From Gemmatimonadota bacterium (GTDB lineage Bacteria; Latescibacterota; UBA2968; UBA8231): a stretch of DNA of 64,000 nt. A program made the position numbers and the translations under genes. Positions 38,772-48,355 of the stretch are shown here, in pieces. The first letter of the stretch is position 1. Each line of letters starts with the position of its first letter. The notes below the pieces were generated by a model that saw only the letters and a list, made by a program, of their open reading frames with translations, had not been told where the DNA came from and did not search any database. The DNA is taken from NCBI GenBank assembly GCA_038128265.1, contig JAYPJE010000005.1, positions 1-64,000 of the forward strand, given 5' to 3'.

Positions 38772-38876
38772 ATCAAAGAGACGGTACGCGGCCTGTACGT
38801 CGCTGTCAAGGAATAGAAAACGGTGGTGATCTACAGTCCAACCGCGTACATTATGCACTGGGAAAGAAAATAAATT

Positions 38877-39518
38877 ATGAACGGCATTCGACCCATTTTA
38901 CTCGCGATCGTCCTTGGAACCTTGCACGGTGGATGCGGCGAGCTAGAGCGCAGCAACCCCTACCACATTCGTGCCCAAGAAGACGAGGAACCGACCGCTT
39001 CGCTCGCTCTGCGCATTCCCATGGCAAAGGCGCTGGCCATTGTCGTTTCGCGCGTGGAAGCTGTCTTGGCAGGTCCTGGGTCACCTACCATAACCAAGGA
39101 ATTGGACATATCGCCGCTGGGCCCAGCAACGGGCTTTATAGGCACGTCGGCACCCGGACCGGGGTTCTCGCTGACGCTGCGCGGCTACGATACCGACGGC
39201 GAGCTGCTCTTTGAAGGCAGCATGGAAAATATCACCATTGTCGAAGGCGACACGACGCTGGTAGAGGTCGATCTATTCCTCACGCGCGAAATCCCCGGCC
39301 TAGGCGATCCACCCGAAGACGGCGGAGGCACCGACGCGGGGGCCGACGCGGGCACGGATACTGGTACGGACGCAACGACCGATACCGGCACGGATACGAC
39401 AGCGGATGCAGACGCAGGTGCAGATGCCGATACGGGGACCGATACGGGCACGGAAGCCGATTCCGACGCAACGACGGACACTGCAACCGACACAGAAGCC
39501 TCTGAAGCAGGAGGCTGA
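38877..39518 (+). CDS. Putative lipoprotein with an acidic Asp/Thr/Ala/Gly repeat tail
   Basis: Signal ending HGGC; C-terminal (TD[AT][GT])n repeats. Confidence 0.75.
   Translation: MNGIRPILLAIVLGTLHGGCGELERSNPYHIRAQEDEEPTASLALRIPMAKALAIVVSRVEAVLAGPGSPTITKELDISPLGPATGFIGTSAPGPGFSLTLRGYDTDGELLFEGSMENITIVEGDTTLVEVDLFLTREIPGLGDPPEDGGGTDAGADAGTDTGTDATTDTGTDTTADADAGADADTGTDTGTEADSDATTDTATDTEASEAGG
39330..39495 (+). repeat. Degenerate 12-bp coding tandem repeat (TDAG/TDTG/ADAG units)
   Basis: Peptide GTDAGADAGTDTGTDATTDTGTDTTADADAGADADTGTDTGTEADSDATTDTATDT. Confidence 0.7.
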
Positions 39519-39519
39519 T

Positions 39520-40314
39520 TTGGCGCCCCCCCTCGTCACGCTGACGAGCGATTTTGGCCTGCGTGACTATTATGTGGGCGCGATGAAAGGCGTTGTTTTA
39601 AATTTAGCTCCCTCCGCACGCATCGTTGATATCAGCCACGATATCGGCGCACAGGACATACTGGAGGGCGCCTTTGTCCTGCACTACGCCGCACGCGAAT
39701 TTCCCCCTGGAACCATCCACTGCGCCATCGTAGACCCGGGCGTCGGCAGCGCGCGCCGCGCCCTGGCCTTTGCCAGCCAAGAGCAACTGTGGGTCGGACC
39801 GGACAACGGGCTGCTGAGCTTTGCCCTGCAGGACGCCACCGGGCCCATCTATGCCATTGACTCTGCGCGCGTTGGCAGCGGGCGACAGAGCGCGACGTTC
39901 CACGGCCGCGACCTCTTTGCTCCCGCAGCTGCTCAGCTAGCCAACGGCTGGTCCCTATCGGACCTGGGTAACCCCATTGCCGATCCCGTATACCTCGACG
40001 CAGCGACGCGTCAAGTCGACGCAGACGGCATCGATGGGCACATTATTCACGTAGACCGATTTGGCAACCTCGTCAGCAATATCGCCCGCACAGATATCGC
40101 GCCCTTTGCCCACGCTCCGTGCATACGCATCGGCCGTGCCCAACCGCTGCACGAGCTCAAAAAAACTTATACCGACGTGGCTCCAGGTCAGCTGGTGGCC
40201 CTAATTGGCAGCGCCGAGCTGGTAGAAATTTCGGTCAATGGGGGAAGCGCCGCACGCCAACTGGGCGTCGAGCGCGGCACCTCTATCCGCGTAGAAGCCC
40301 AGCACACCGCTTAG
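39520..40314 (+). CDS. SAM hydroxide adenosyltransferase (DUF62; chlorinase/fluorinase family)
   Basis: TLTSDFG, IVDPGVGS, GPDNGLL, SATFHGRDLFAP, HVDRFGNL. TTG start after GGAGG. Confidence 0.92.
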   Translation: MAPPLVTLTSDFGLRDYYVGAMKGVVLNLAPSARIVDISHDIGAQDILEGAFVLHYAAREFPPGTIHCAIVDPGVGSARRALAFASQEQLWVGPDNGLLSFALQDATGPIYAIDSARVGSGRQSATFHGRDLFAPAAAQLANGWSLSDLGNPIADPVYLDAATRQVDADGIDGHIIHVDRFGNLVSNIARTDIAPFAHAPCIRIGRAQPLHELKKTYTDVAPGQLVALIGSAELVEISVNGGSAARQLGVERGTSIRVEAQHTA

Positions 40315-40330
40315 ACCTTAGCGAGACCCT

Positions 40331-41695
40331 ATGTCCGAAGACGCTCCGCTCATCGTCAGCATATCCGGCATACGCGGCCTCGTCGGCCGCTCGTTTACCG
40401 ATCGCGTCGTAGCCGAGTTCTCTTCGGCCTTTGCATCGTCTCTGTCGCCCGGTGCCGCCGTCGTCCTAGCCCGCGACACGCGCCCTTCGGGCGTCGACTT
40501 TGCCGGCGTTGCCGCACACGCGCTCTGCGCCGCCGGATGCCGGGTTTACGATTTAGGCGCATGCCCAACTCCCGCCGCCAAGCTGATGGTCTGCACGCTG
40601 GGTGCACAGGGCGCTATCATCATTACCGCCAGCCATAACCCGGCGCCGTGGAACGGCCTCAAGCTCGTTCGCGAAGACGGCATTTTTCTCAACGCTGAAC
40701 AGGCCGCACGGGTAGAAGCAATCTATCGCAGCGGCCGTTTTCGCCAGCAGTCAGGCGGCGCAGTAGAGACAGTAGACTTTGCCGACGTAGGGAAGGAACA
40801 CCTCGACCGCCTCCTGTCACACATTGATGCCGAGGCCATACGACGGTCCCATATCAAGGTAGCCGTCGATCCCTGCAATGGAACGGGTGGCCTCTTCTTA
40901 CCCCGCCTCTTAGAGGCACTCGCCGTTGAAGCACATTTTATCAACGGCGAACCAAACGGCGAGTTCGCCCACGAGCCGGAACCCATTCCCGCCAATTTAC
41001 TGCAGCTGGGCCAAGCCGTGCGCTCGACGCACAGTGCGCTGGGTTTTGCCATCGATCCAGATGCCGATCGCGTCACCCTGGTCGATTCCTCAGGCAATGC
41101 CGTGGGCGAGGACTCCACCCTGGCACTCGCCGTGCAGGCGGTTACAGCGCGTCAGCCGGGACCGGTCGTCACCACGCTATCCACCTCCCAAGCTGTTAGC
41201 GACGCGGCCCGGGCCAACGGCTGCCCCGTCTCCCTCACCCCAGTCGGCGAGGTGCACGTAGTAGAGAAGATGTTAGAAGAAGGAGCAGCCATCGGCGGGG
41301 AGGGACACGGCGGCGTCGTGCTGTCCACCATCGACCCAGGGCGTGACGCAGCCGTTGGCATTGCCCTAGTCTTAGAGGCCATGGCACGCGGCGGCCAGTC
41401 GCTGGAAGAGCAGCTGGCTACGCTGCCGCACTACGCCATTGAAAAGCGCAAAACACAGAGCAACCGACAGCAGTTACAGCGCGCCTTAGATGCGCTACTG
41501 GCCCGCTATCCGCAGGCCTATGTGCACCCGGTCAAGGATGGGTCCAAGCTCTATATCAACGGCGAGCTAGCATGTCCATGGGTCCATCTGCGCGCGTCAA
41601 ACACCGAGCCGGTTGTGCGCATCATAGCAGAAGCGACAAGCAGCGCAGAAGCACAGGCTCTATGCGATGAAGTTGAAGGATTGTTGGAAGCGTAG
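40331..41695 (+). CDS. Phosphoglucosamine mutase / phosphomannomutase family
   Basis: SISGIRG, TASHNP, DPDADR, GGEGHGG, RASNTEP. Confidence 0.93.
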   Translation: MSEDAPLIVSISGIRGLVGRSFTDRVVAEFSSAFASSLSPGAAVVLARDTRPSGVDFAGVAAHALCAAGCRVYDLGACPTPAAKLMVCTLGAQGAIIITASHNPAPWNGLKLVREDGIFLNAEQAARVEAIYRSGRFRQQSGGAVETVDFADVGKEHLDRLLSHIDAEAIRRSHIKVAVDPCNGTGGLFLPRLLEALAVEAHFINGEPNGEFAHEPEPIPANLLQLGQAVRSTHSALGFAIDPDADRVTLVDSSGNAVGEDSTLALAVQAVTARQPGPVVTTLSTSQAVSDAARANGCPVSLTPVGEVHVVEKMLEEGAAIGGEGHGGVVLSTIDPGRDAAVGIALVLEAMARGGQSLEEQLATLPHYAIEKRKTQSNRQQLQRALDALLARYPQAYVHPVKDGSKLYINGELACPWVHLRASNTEPVVRIIAEATSSAEAQALCDEVEGLLEA

Positions 41696-41714
41696 TGCGA
41701 TGCGGCAGGAGAGG

Positions 41715-42119
41715 TTACTGCAGTTCAAAGCCGGTAATAAAGACTTCTACGGCCTTACCCCTTTTTAATACTCTGTCATTGACCATCTTGCGCACTTCGC
41801 GCTGCAGCGTTTCGACGCGCAATGGGTCTTCCAGCTGGGCCGTTGTCTTTGCGCTCAGCAGCTGCAGCATATTGTGCTTGAGCTCAATGCGCTTGCGCTT
41901 GATCTCGGCCAAACCCTCTTCGGGAGGGCATACGCGCAGCGAGATCTGCACTTCCAAATTGCGCCCCATCGCTCCAGCTGGGTTGGCCCGCACGGGACCC
42001 AATTCGGTGTACATCGCGCACTCGGACTCGTCGTAAGGCGGGGGCGGAGTGCAGCCACTATATGCGTATGAGATTGAGGCGAAAAGCGCAGCTGTGACGA
42101 GGACCCGCAGCCGCATCAT
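41715..42119 (-). CDS. FliL-like protein
   Basis: N-terminal hydrophobic segment; LGPVRANP...LQLLSAKTTAQL...LQREVRKMVNDRV...AVEVFITGFELQ matches the FliL C-terminal pattern. Confidence 0.75.
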   Translation of the reverse strand: MMRLRVLVTAALFASISYAYSGCTPPPPYDESECAMYTELGPVRANPAGAMGRNLEVQISLRVCPPEEGLAEIKRKRIELKHNMLQLLSAKTTAQLEDPLRVETLQREVRKMVNDRVLKRGKAVEVFITGFELQ

Positions 42120-42505
42120 TCCACTGCAGAATGATCTAATTGACGCGCATCTTCCTCGCGCCAGCGACGGCGATGGGAGCCGAGCTCTTCGCCGCGTTCG
42201 GCCACCATATTGGCACGGGCGTCAACGAGCTCGGTTAGGCGCTGAAGATTTTCCTGCGCCGTTTCGGCAAGGCGGTTCTGTTCGCTGACGGTCTGCATGA
42301 GTTCGTCAGCAATGGTCATTGCGGCGAGAACCGCGAGTTTGCTAGTTGGAATGCGACCGGGGTGTTGCCCGTCGATCTCGCGCATCTTCTCGTCGACGTA
42401 GCGGGCGATCTTCTGCACTTTCATCGCATCGCTCTCGGCAATGAGGTACTCTTCGCCGAAAATTTGCACGGCGATTCCCTGAACCTGTGAATTTGTCTTG
42501 GCCAT
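42116..42505 (-). CDS. zapA: Cell division protein ZapA
   Basis: VQIFGEEYLI, IARYVDEKMREI, KLAVLAAMTIADEL, then a coiled coil. Confidence 0.92.
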   Translation of the reverse strand: MAKTNSQVQGIAVQIFGEEYLIAESDAMKVQKIARYVDEKMREIDGQHPGRIPTSKLAVLAAMTIADELMQTVSEQNRLAETAQENLQRLTELVDARANMVAERGEELGSHRRRWREEDARQLDHSAVE

Positions 42506-42542
42506 GGTCTATAGTATACGCCGCGCGGTGCGGACGATGCAA

Positions 42543-43052
42543 CTACTTTTGCGCGGCTAGTAAATCGCCGTAGGAACCCTCGACGAGCTGTTCACCGGTG
42601 ATTTCGAGCGCGCGCATAAGCGTCTCAACGCGCCGGTGGCTCTCCTCAATTCCCTGCTCTTCAGTGACCGCTTCCAATTCGACAAACTGGCCCAACCCCT
42701 TCACGTCATCTAGGTGTATGCGCACGTTTTCCCACAGCCACACCTGGCGCGTCTTTTCAACTTCGACCCAAGATCCCATAACTTGGCTCAGCATTTTGCA
42801 CATCGCCTCGGGATCTTCCGTCTTGGCAACTTCGTAGTCGCTGCGTTTGGGACCGGCCAAATCCTCTCTCTTATAGTAGATTAAATGGCCGTCATCTGGG
42901 CCGAGTTCGCGCAGCTTGAGCCGCCCCTCGCCAATGCAAAAGTACGTATCGCGCTGGTGGAACGTCCCAGCGGGACCTGCGCCGATTGCATTGAGGTTTT
43001 CCTCGGCGCGCTCAACGTTTTCGCAGCGCGCTTTAATTTCGATATTTGTCAT
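42543..43052 (-). CDS. CYTH domain protein (class IV adenylate cyclase CyaB-like)
   Basis: NIEIKAR, QRDTYF, RLKLRE, RIHLDDVKGLGQFVELE, SYGDLL. Confidence 0.92.
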   Translation of the reverse strand: MTNIEIKARCENVERAEENLNAIGAGPAGTFHQRDTYFCIGEGRLKLRELGPDDGHLIYYKREDLAGPKRSDYEVAKTEDPEAMCKMLSQVMGSWVEVEKTRQVWLWENVRIHLDDVKGLGQFVELEAVTEEQGIEESHRRVETLMRALEITGEQLVEGSYGDLLAAQK

Positions 43053-43125
43053 GGTTTATTCCCGCCATCCTCCAGCGCTTCTGCCGCTAAATCTACGCCT
43101 TCACCTGCCCCAGTGCAAGCAGCAC

Positions 43126-44172
43126 TCAGCACCAGTCTTCGACGGCTAGTTCGCAGCGGCGCAGGCGCTGCAGGACGGCATTCCAACGCTCAGCTGACAG
43201 CGGTATTCCCCGCTGTATACGCGCCTGGCGCTCCTGCAAAGCACGCTCGCCGGGCGCGCGCACTCGGTCCGTGCCCAGCGCGGGGGCAATCTGGCGCACG
43301 CTGTGCATCAGAAACGCACAGCGCTCTGCCAGGACCTCTCTACCGCCAAAAAAATCGCCGTCGATCGCCATGATAAAAAACGAGCTGCCGTATGGGCCGC
43401 TGAGCTCTTCTACCGGCGGCACGTCGCGGCCACATGGTCCGCCGCTGAGTCCACCACAGAGCAAATCGACTAATAGCCCCAAACCGTATCCCAGCGCACC
43501 GCCAACGGGCAGCAGCGCGCCGCCCTCGAGTGCCTCTGGATCGTTTGAGGGACGGCCTTGTGCATCGACCAATACGCCATCGCCAACACACAGACCTTCG
43601 TCGCGCGCGGCAGTCACGCGGGCTGCCGAATGTCCCGTTGCCGCATCAAAGACCAGCATCTGGCCGTCGGCTGATGGCACGGCATAGGACAGCGGATTTG
43701 TCCCGTGGACGCCCTCTCTGCCGCCGTGCGGTGCTACGCGCGGCGTCGAATTGGCAGCGCACATGCCCAACATACCGCTCTGCCCGATGCGCTCGACATA
43801 GGGCGCAAGTGCGCCCACGTAGTTGCAGTTGGAAATCGACGCAACGCCAACGCCGGCTTGCGCCGCCTTGTCGACCACGAGCGCAGCCGCTTCAAGTGCC
43901 TGCACGGGACCCAGCCCATGTCCGCCGTCGCAAAACAGCGTGGCACCGCGATCGCGTACAATCTGCAGATCAACGCCCGGGCACATCTGTCCCGAGCGAA
44001 TGCGCTCTGCGTAAATAGGCAGCGATAAAATCCCGTGGCTATCGACTCCGCGCAGACTAGACTCGACTAACACATCGCTACAAACCTGGGCCTCCCGCTC
44101 ACCAACGCCTAGCTGGTGCAGTATATCTCTGCAAAACGCATCGGCTCGAGCGCGGGTTATAGTCGACGTCAT
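43126..44172 (-). CDS. Ldh_2 (malate/L-lactate/ureidoglycolate dehydrogenase) family oxidoreductase
   Basis: LRGVDSHG, GTNPLS, ALLPVGGALGYGLGL, VRAPGE. Confidence 0.9.
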   Translation of the reverse strand: MTSTITRARADAFCRDILHQLGVGEREAQVCSDVLVESSLRGVDSHGILSLPIYAERIRSGQMCPGVDLQIVRDRGATLFCDGGHGLGPVQALEAAALVVDKAAQAGVGVASISNCNYVGALAPYVERIGQSGMLGMCAANSTPRVAPHGGREGVHGTNPLSYAVPSADGQMLVFDAATGHSAARVTAARDEGLCVGDGVLVDAQGRPSNDPEALEGGALLPVGGALGYGLGLLVDLLCGGLSGGPCGRDVPPVEELSGPYGSSFFIMAIDGDFFGGREVLAERCAFLMHSVRQIAPALGTDRVRAPGERALQERQARIQRGIPLSAERWNAVLQRLRRCELAVEDWC

Positions 44173-44597
44173 CTGCGCCGCCCGCCGCGCGCGGCGCGGC
44201 GCTTGCGCACGCTATACTTATCCGATGAAGTCCAACGCTGACCGCAGCGCAGACACAGGTGTTTGCGAACGCGGTGCACCGTTCGATAGACGCCACCGGT
44301 CACCCGCAGCACTCCCGGCAGATCGTATATCCAGTCCAAACGGGCCAAGCCAGGCAACCGGCGCGCAACCTGGCGCAGAGCAGCCATGCCCTCGTAGATG
44401 CGCCCCTGGGCATCACAGGCCGTCAGCTGTTCGGCGGCGCGTTCAAAATCGATGTGGGGAAAGCGCTCCTCCACGCCTTCAGCCAATTCCACCAGGCCAA
44501 TGCGTCCCTGTGCGTCGCGCAGCGCAACCCACTCTTTGAATCGCATGCAAACGGCACATTCCGGATCGTAAAAAAGCTGAAGTTGCTCCTCCGGCAT
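44169..44597 (-). CDS. DCC1/DUF393 thiol-disulfide oxidoreductase family
   Basis: LFYDPECAVC (DxxCxxC), GRIYEGMAA. Confidence 0.85.
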   Translation of the reverse strand: MPEEQLQLFYDPECAVCMRFKEWVALRDAQGRIGLVELAEGVEERFPHIDFERAAEQLTACDAQGRIYEGMAALRQVARRLPGLARLDWIYDLPGVLRVTGGVYRTVHRVRKHLCLRCGQRWTSSDKYSVRKRRAARGGRRR

Positions 44598-44827
44598 ATT
44601 TTCCCTATCTACTTAAGCACCGCCGGACAGATACCCGCTGGCTGGCGGCAATTAGCGCACACAACGTGCGCCTTTTCTATTCTACTAAATTCGCGCGCCG
44701 GGCAAAATCCCTGCGGCGACATCAGGTGAAATACATTGGCAATGATACCCAATCCCTCTGCATTCAACAGACGCGCATTCAACAGTTTTCTCGCGCATCG
44801 CTCCCTTCACACTCGCCCGAGCAGGCC

Positions 44828-45811
44828 GTGCGCGCCGTTGTCGTAGATCAGGCGCAGCAGCTGCGCTGGCAAGAAGTAGCCGATCCGGACTGCGCGGCCG
44901 ATCAGGTTCTGGTGGATGTCTACGCTAGCGCCGTCAACCGCGCTGACTTGCTGCAGCGCGCTGGGCTCTACCCGCCCCCTGCCGGCGCGTCCCCCTATAT
45001 GGGCCTGGAAATGTGTGGCTCTATCGCTCACGTCGGCGATCGCGTGCGCGGCTGGAAGCGGGGCGATCGCGTGCTGGCCCTGCTCTCAGGTGGCGGCTAC
45101 GCCGAACGCGTTGCGGTGCCCGCAGACCACCTGCTCGCCCTGCCCGACGACTGGGGTTTTGCTCGCGGAGCCGCCGTGCCCGAAGTCTTCCTCACCGCTT
45201 TTGTGAACCTCTTCTTAGAGGCACAGCTCCAACCCGGTGAAACCGCACTCATCCACGGCGGCGCCAGCGGCGTCGGCACCGCTGCCATACAGTTGGCCAG
45301 GGCGGCGGGCTGCCGCGTGATCGCCACGGCCGGCACAGCAACCAAAGTCGCGCGCTGCACCGAACTGGGTGCCGAACTAGCCGTCAACTACCGCGAGCGC
45401 GATTTTGCCGAAGCCATAGAAGCGCACTGCGACGGCGTCGATGTCGTGCTCGACATCAGCGCGGCCGATTATCTGGAGCGCAACGTGCGCCTGCTCAAAA
45501 CGGGGGGCCGACTCGTCTTTATCGCCCTGCTCTCGGGCACCAGCGCCGCGCTGGACATCGGCCAAGTGCTCGGCAAACGCCTGCGCCTGATTGGATCGAC
45601 GCTGCGCAGCCGCAGCGACGCAGAGAAATCCGAGATTACGCGGGCCTTTGCAGAGCGCTTTTGGCCGCTGTTGATCGATGGCAGCATCGAACCCGTGATC
45701 GACTCGGTGCTGCCGATCGAACGCGTCGATGAGGCGCAGCAAATGCTAGCCGAAAACCGCACGATTGGCAAGGTAATCCTCGCCGTGCGCGAGGGAGGAG
45801 AAATCGCATGA
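44828..45811 (+). CDS. NAD(P)H-quinone oxidoreductase (PIG3 family)
   Basis: VNRADLLQRAGLYPPPAGAS, LLSGGGYAE, IHGGASGVG, GSTLRSR. GTG start inferred. Confidence 0.92.
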   Translation: MRAVVVDQAQQLRWQEVADPDCAADQVLVDVYASAVNRADLLQRAGLYPPPAGASPYMGLEMCGSIAHVGDRVRGWKRGDRVLALLSGGGYAERVAVPADHLLALPDDWGFARGAAVPEVFLTAFVNLFLEAQLQPGETALIHGGASGVGTAAIQLARAAGCRVIATAGTATKVARCTELGAELAVNYRERDFAEAIEAHCDGVDVVLDISAADYLERNVRLLKTGGRLVFIALLSGTSAALDIGQVLGKRLRLIGSTLRSRSDAEKSEITRAFAERFWPLLIDGSIEPVIDSVLPIERVDEAQQMLAENRTIGKVILAVREGGEIA

Positions 45812-46833
45812 GTACGCGCTATCGCGAAGTAGACGTAGCAGGTTCGCCGTTGGAAATGGGTCGGCAGCTCGGCGAAGAGGCACGCGAAGAGGTGCGCGCA
45901 TTTGCCACCATCGCCCTCGAGCGCGTAAACAAAACCATTGCCATCTCGCGCCAGTCCGCACTGGACGTCGCGCGCCAAAGTGCGGCCTGTGTAGAAGACT
46001 ATGCGCCGCACATGCTCGACGAGCTGCGCGGCATGGCGCAGAGTTCGGGCGTCGACTTTGACGATCTCGTTCTCCTGCAGGTGCGCAACCAGCTGCAGCC
46101 CGAAGAAGACGCCGGCTGCACGTCCTTTGCCGCTGCGTCCTCGATTGTCGCTCAAAATTGGGACAATGACCCCGCACTCGACCCATACACCATCGTGCTG
46201 CGCAGAAGACCGGACAATGGCCCCGCTCTGATGAACATTACGCAGGCGGGTCTCATCGCCTATATAGGACTCAATGAGGCGGGCATGGGCGTCTGTTTGA
46301 ATACGCTACCGGCCCCGAGCCGGCGCGTCGGCGTGCCGCACTATTTTACCGTACGCGCGCTCTACGAGAGCCGCAGCCTCGAAGAAGCCGTAGCGGCCGT
46401 GCGCCGCGCCCAGCGCGCCATTCCCGCCAATATCATGCTGGCCACGCCGCAGGGGCCGGCCGATTTGGAAGTGACCGTCGACGACGTGCACGTCCTGCAC
46501 GACGAGGCGCTCGTCACCCACACCAACCACTGTTTGCACCCAGATTTGGAACACATTAACCGCGATTTTCCCGAGCTCATTGAGTCCGGTCCACGGCTGC
46601 GCCGCATCAACCAGCTGCTCACTGCACACCCGCTCTCCGTAGAACGAGCGCAGGAGGCCCTGCGCGACCACCAGGACTATCCGCACTCGATCTGCCGCCA
46701 CGCCAACGACCACCCCTCAAACGGCTTCTGGGTCAGCGTATTTTCCGTGGTTATAGAGGCGGCAGCCGGTCGCATGCACGTCAGTCGGGGCAACCCGTGC
46801 GAAAACGGCTACGAAATCTACTCGCTCAACTGA
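45808..46833 (+). CDS. Peptidase C45 / acyl-CoA:6-APA acyltransferase family Ntn hydrolase
   Basis: G-C-T-S autocleavage site, AQNWD, GLNEAG, HTNH, SICRH. Confidence 0.88.
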   Translation: MSTRYREVDVAGSPLEMGRQLGEEAREEVRAFATIALERVNKTIAISRQSALDVARQSAACVEDYAPHMLDELRGMAQSSGVDFDDLVLLQVRNQLQPEEDAGCTSFAAASSIVAQNWDNDPALDPYTIVLRRRPDNGPALMNITQAGLIAYIGLNEAGMGVCLNTLPAPSRRVGVPHYFTVRALYESRSLEEAVAAVRRAQRAIPANIMLATPQGPADLEVTVDDVHVLHDEALVTHTNHCLHPDLEHINRDFPELIESGPRLRRINQLLTAHPLSVERAQEALRDHQDYPHSICRHANDHPSNGFWVSVFSVVIEAAAGRMHVSRGNPCENGYEIYSLN

Positions 46834-46860
46834 GCCACCAAACCTCGTTGGAGCATATTC

Positions 46861-48303
46861 ATGGGCACCCTACACGGCACCATTATCGACGCGGCAACGG
46901 ACCAGCTCATCGATGCCAAAGTCCACGTTCTCAACTCTATGGGCTCCTTTACCCATCCCAATAGCGCCTTGCTCAAGCGCGGTCCGGGAACGCCTTTTTT
47001 TTTCTCGCAGGGCGAATTTAGCATTTCCGTTCCGCGCGGCCGCACCGCCGTGCTCGTCGAACGCGGAACGGAATACGAGCCCTACCGCACGACAGTCGAA
47101 GTACCCGAGAAGGGTGGAGTCAGCATAACGCTGCCAATCAACCGCTGGTATGCGCCGCAGCGCGCGCACTGGTATCCGGGGAATACGCACATACACTACG
47201 ACGAACAGGAAACGCGCCCGGACGAGCGCCTTGGTATCGACTGCAGCGTCGAGGGGTATAACGTGACCTGCGTCAGCGTGCTCGATCGCCGCCAGCTGCC
47301 CTACGCCAGCAACAAATATCCGCTCGGCGTTATGAACGAATTTACCACCGCTCACCACGTCCTCGATATCGGCGAGGAGAACCGCCACTACGGCGACCAT
47401 TCGCCTTGGGGATTCGGCTACGGGCACGTGATGTTTCTCAATATTCGCAACCTCGTGCAGCCGGTCAGCCGTGGACACACGCTGGCCGGCCAGTTCGACC
47501 CCGACTATCCGCCGCTGTGCTTTTGCTGCGACGAGGCGCGCGATCAGGGCGGTCTCGTGATCTGGTGCCACAACGGGCGCGGCATGGAGGCACCCATCGC
47601 CGCCGCGTTGGGCAAACTGGATGCGTTCAACCTATTCGATCCGTTCTGGATGGACCCCGAATACGAGCTGTGGTACAAGCTGCTCAACTGCGGCATCCAC
47701 CTGCCGGCATCGACGGGAACGGACTGGTTTGTCTGCTCTAACAACCGCGTCTATGTGCAGTGCGACGGCGATTTTTCCTACGCGAATTGGATCGATGGAA
47801 TGAAGAGCGGACGCACCTTCATCACCAACGGACCGGCGCTTTCGTTCAGCGCCAACGGGATGGCCATGGGTGAAACCATCGCGCTGGATGGCAGCGGCCA
47901 GGTAGAGGCGCACGCGACCTTCTCCTCTTTCTATCCGATAGAGCGCGCCGAACTGATCGTCAACGGTGCGATTGCCCAGCGCTGGCACTGGCCGGAGGGA
48001 CGCCGCGATGGGACGCTCGAATGCGCACTGCGCGTCGAGCACGACGGCTGGGTGGCCGTTCGCCTGTGGGGCGATAGCCGCGACAGCTTTGATCACGCCC
48101 TATTTGCCCACTCTAGTCCGGTGTACTTTCGCTGCGGCCAGCCGCCCATACAGCGCGCCGACTCAGCCCAGTTTTTTCTCCAATCCATCGACGAATCGCT
48201 GCGCTGGATTGACCGCTATGGTCGCTACAACAGCGACCAGCAGCGAGAAGACGTGCGCGAGCTATTCAAACGCGGACGCGAGGCCTACGCCCAACTGGCC
48301 TAA
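46861..48303 (+). CDS. CehA/McbA family metallohydrolase
   Basis: GNTHIH, GEENRH, GHV, WCH, STGTD, RVYV, GRTFITNGP, AHSSPVY. Confidence 0.82.
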   Translation: MGTLHGTIIDAATDQLIDAKVHVLNSMGSFTHPNSALLKRGPGTPFFFSQGEFSISVPRGRTAVLVERGTEYEPYRTTVEVPEKGGVSITLPINRWYAPQRAHWYPGNTHIHYDEQETRPDERLGIDCSVEGYNVTCVSVLDRRQLPYASNKYPLGVMNEFTTAHHVLDIGEENRHYGDHSPWGFGYGHVMFLNIRNLVQPVSRGHTLAGQFDPDYPPLCFCCDEARDQGGLVIWCHNGRGMEAPIAAALGKLDAFNLFDPFWMDPEYELWYKLLNCGIHLPASTGTDWFVCSNNRVYVQCDGDFSYANWIDGMKSGRTFITNGPALSFSANGMAMGETIALDGSGQVEAHATFSSFYPIERAELIVNGAIAQRWHWPEGRRDGTLECALRVEHDGWVAVRLWGDSRDSFDHALFAHSSPVYFRCGQPPIQRADSAQFFLQSIDESLRWIDRYGRYNSDQQREDVRELFKRGREAYAQLA

Positions 48304-48355
48304 ACGGCGCATGGAGCGCAAACCGGTCGTACCCTAACGCGGAGAAGAGTGCAAC

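Noticed and set aside
39330..39495. Possible CRISPR or non-coding repeat array
   Set aside because: The units are degenerate in-frame 12-bp repeats encoding a low-complexity tail, with no spacers and no cas genes.
39520..40314. True halogenase (SalL/FlA)
   Set aside because: It has the DUF62 features (DPGVG, R, TFHGRD) and a housekeeping context, so hydroxide adenosyltransferase is more likely.
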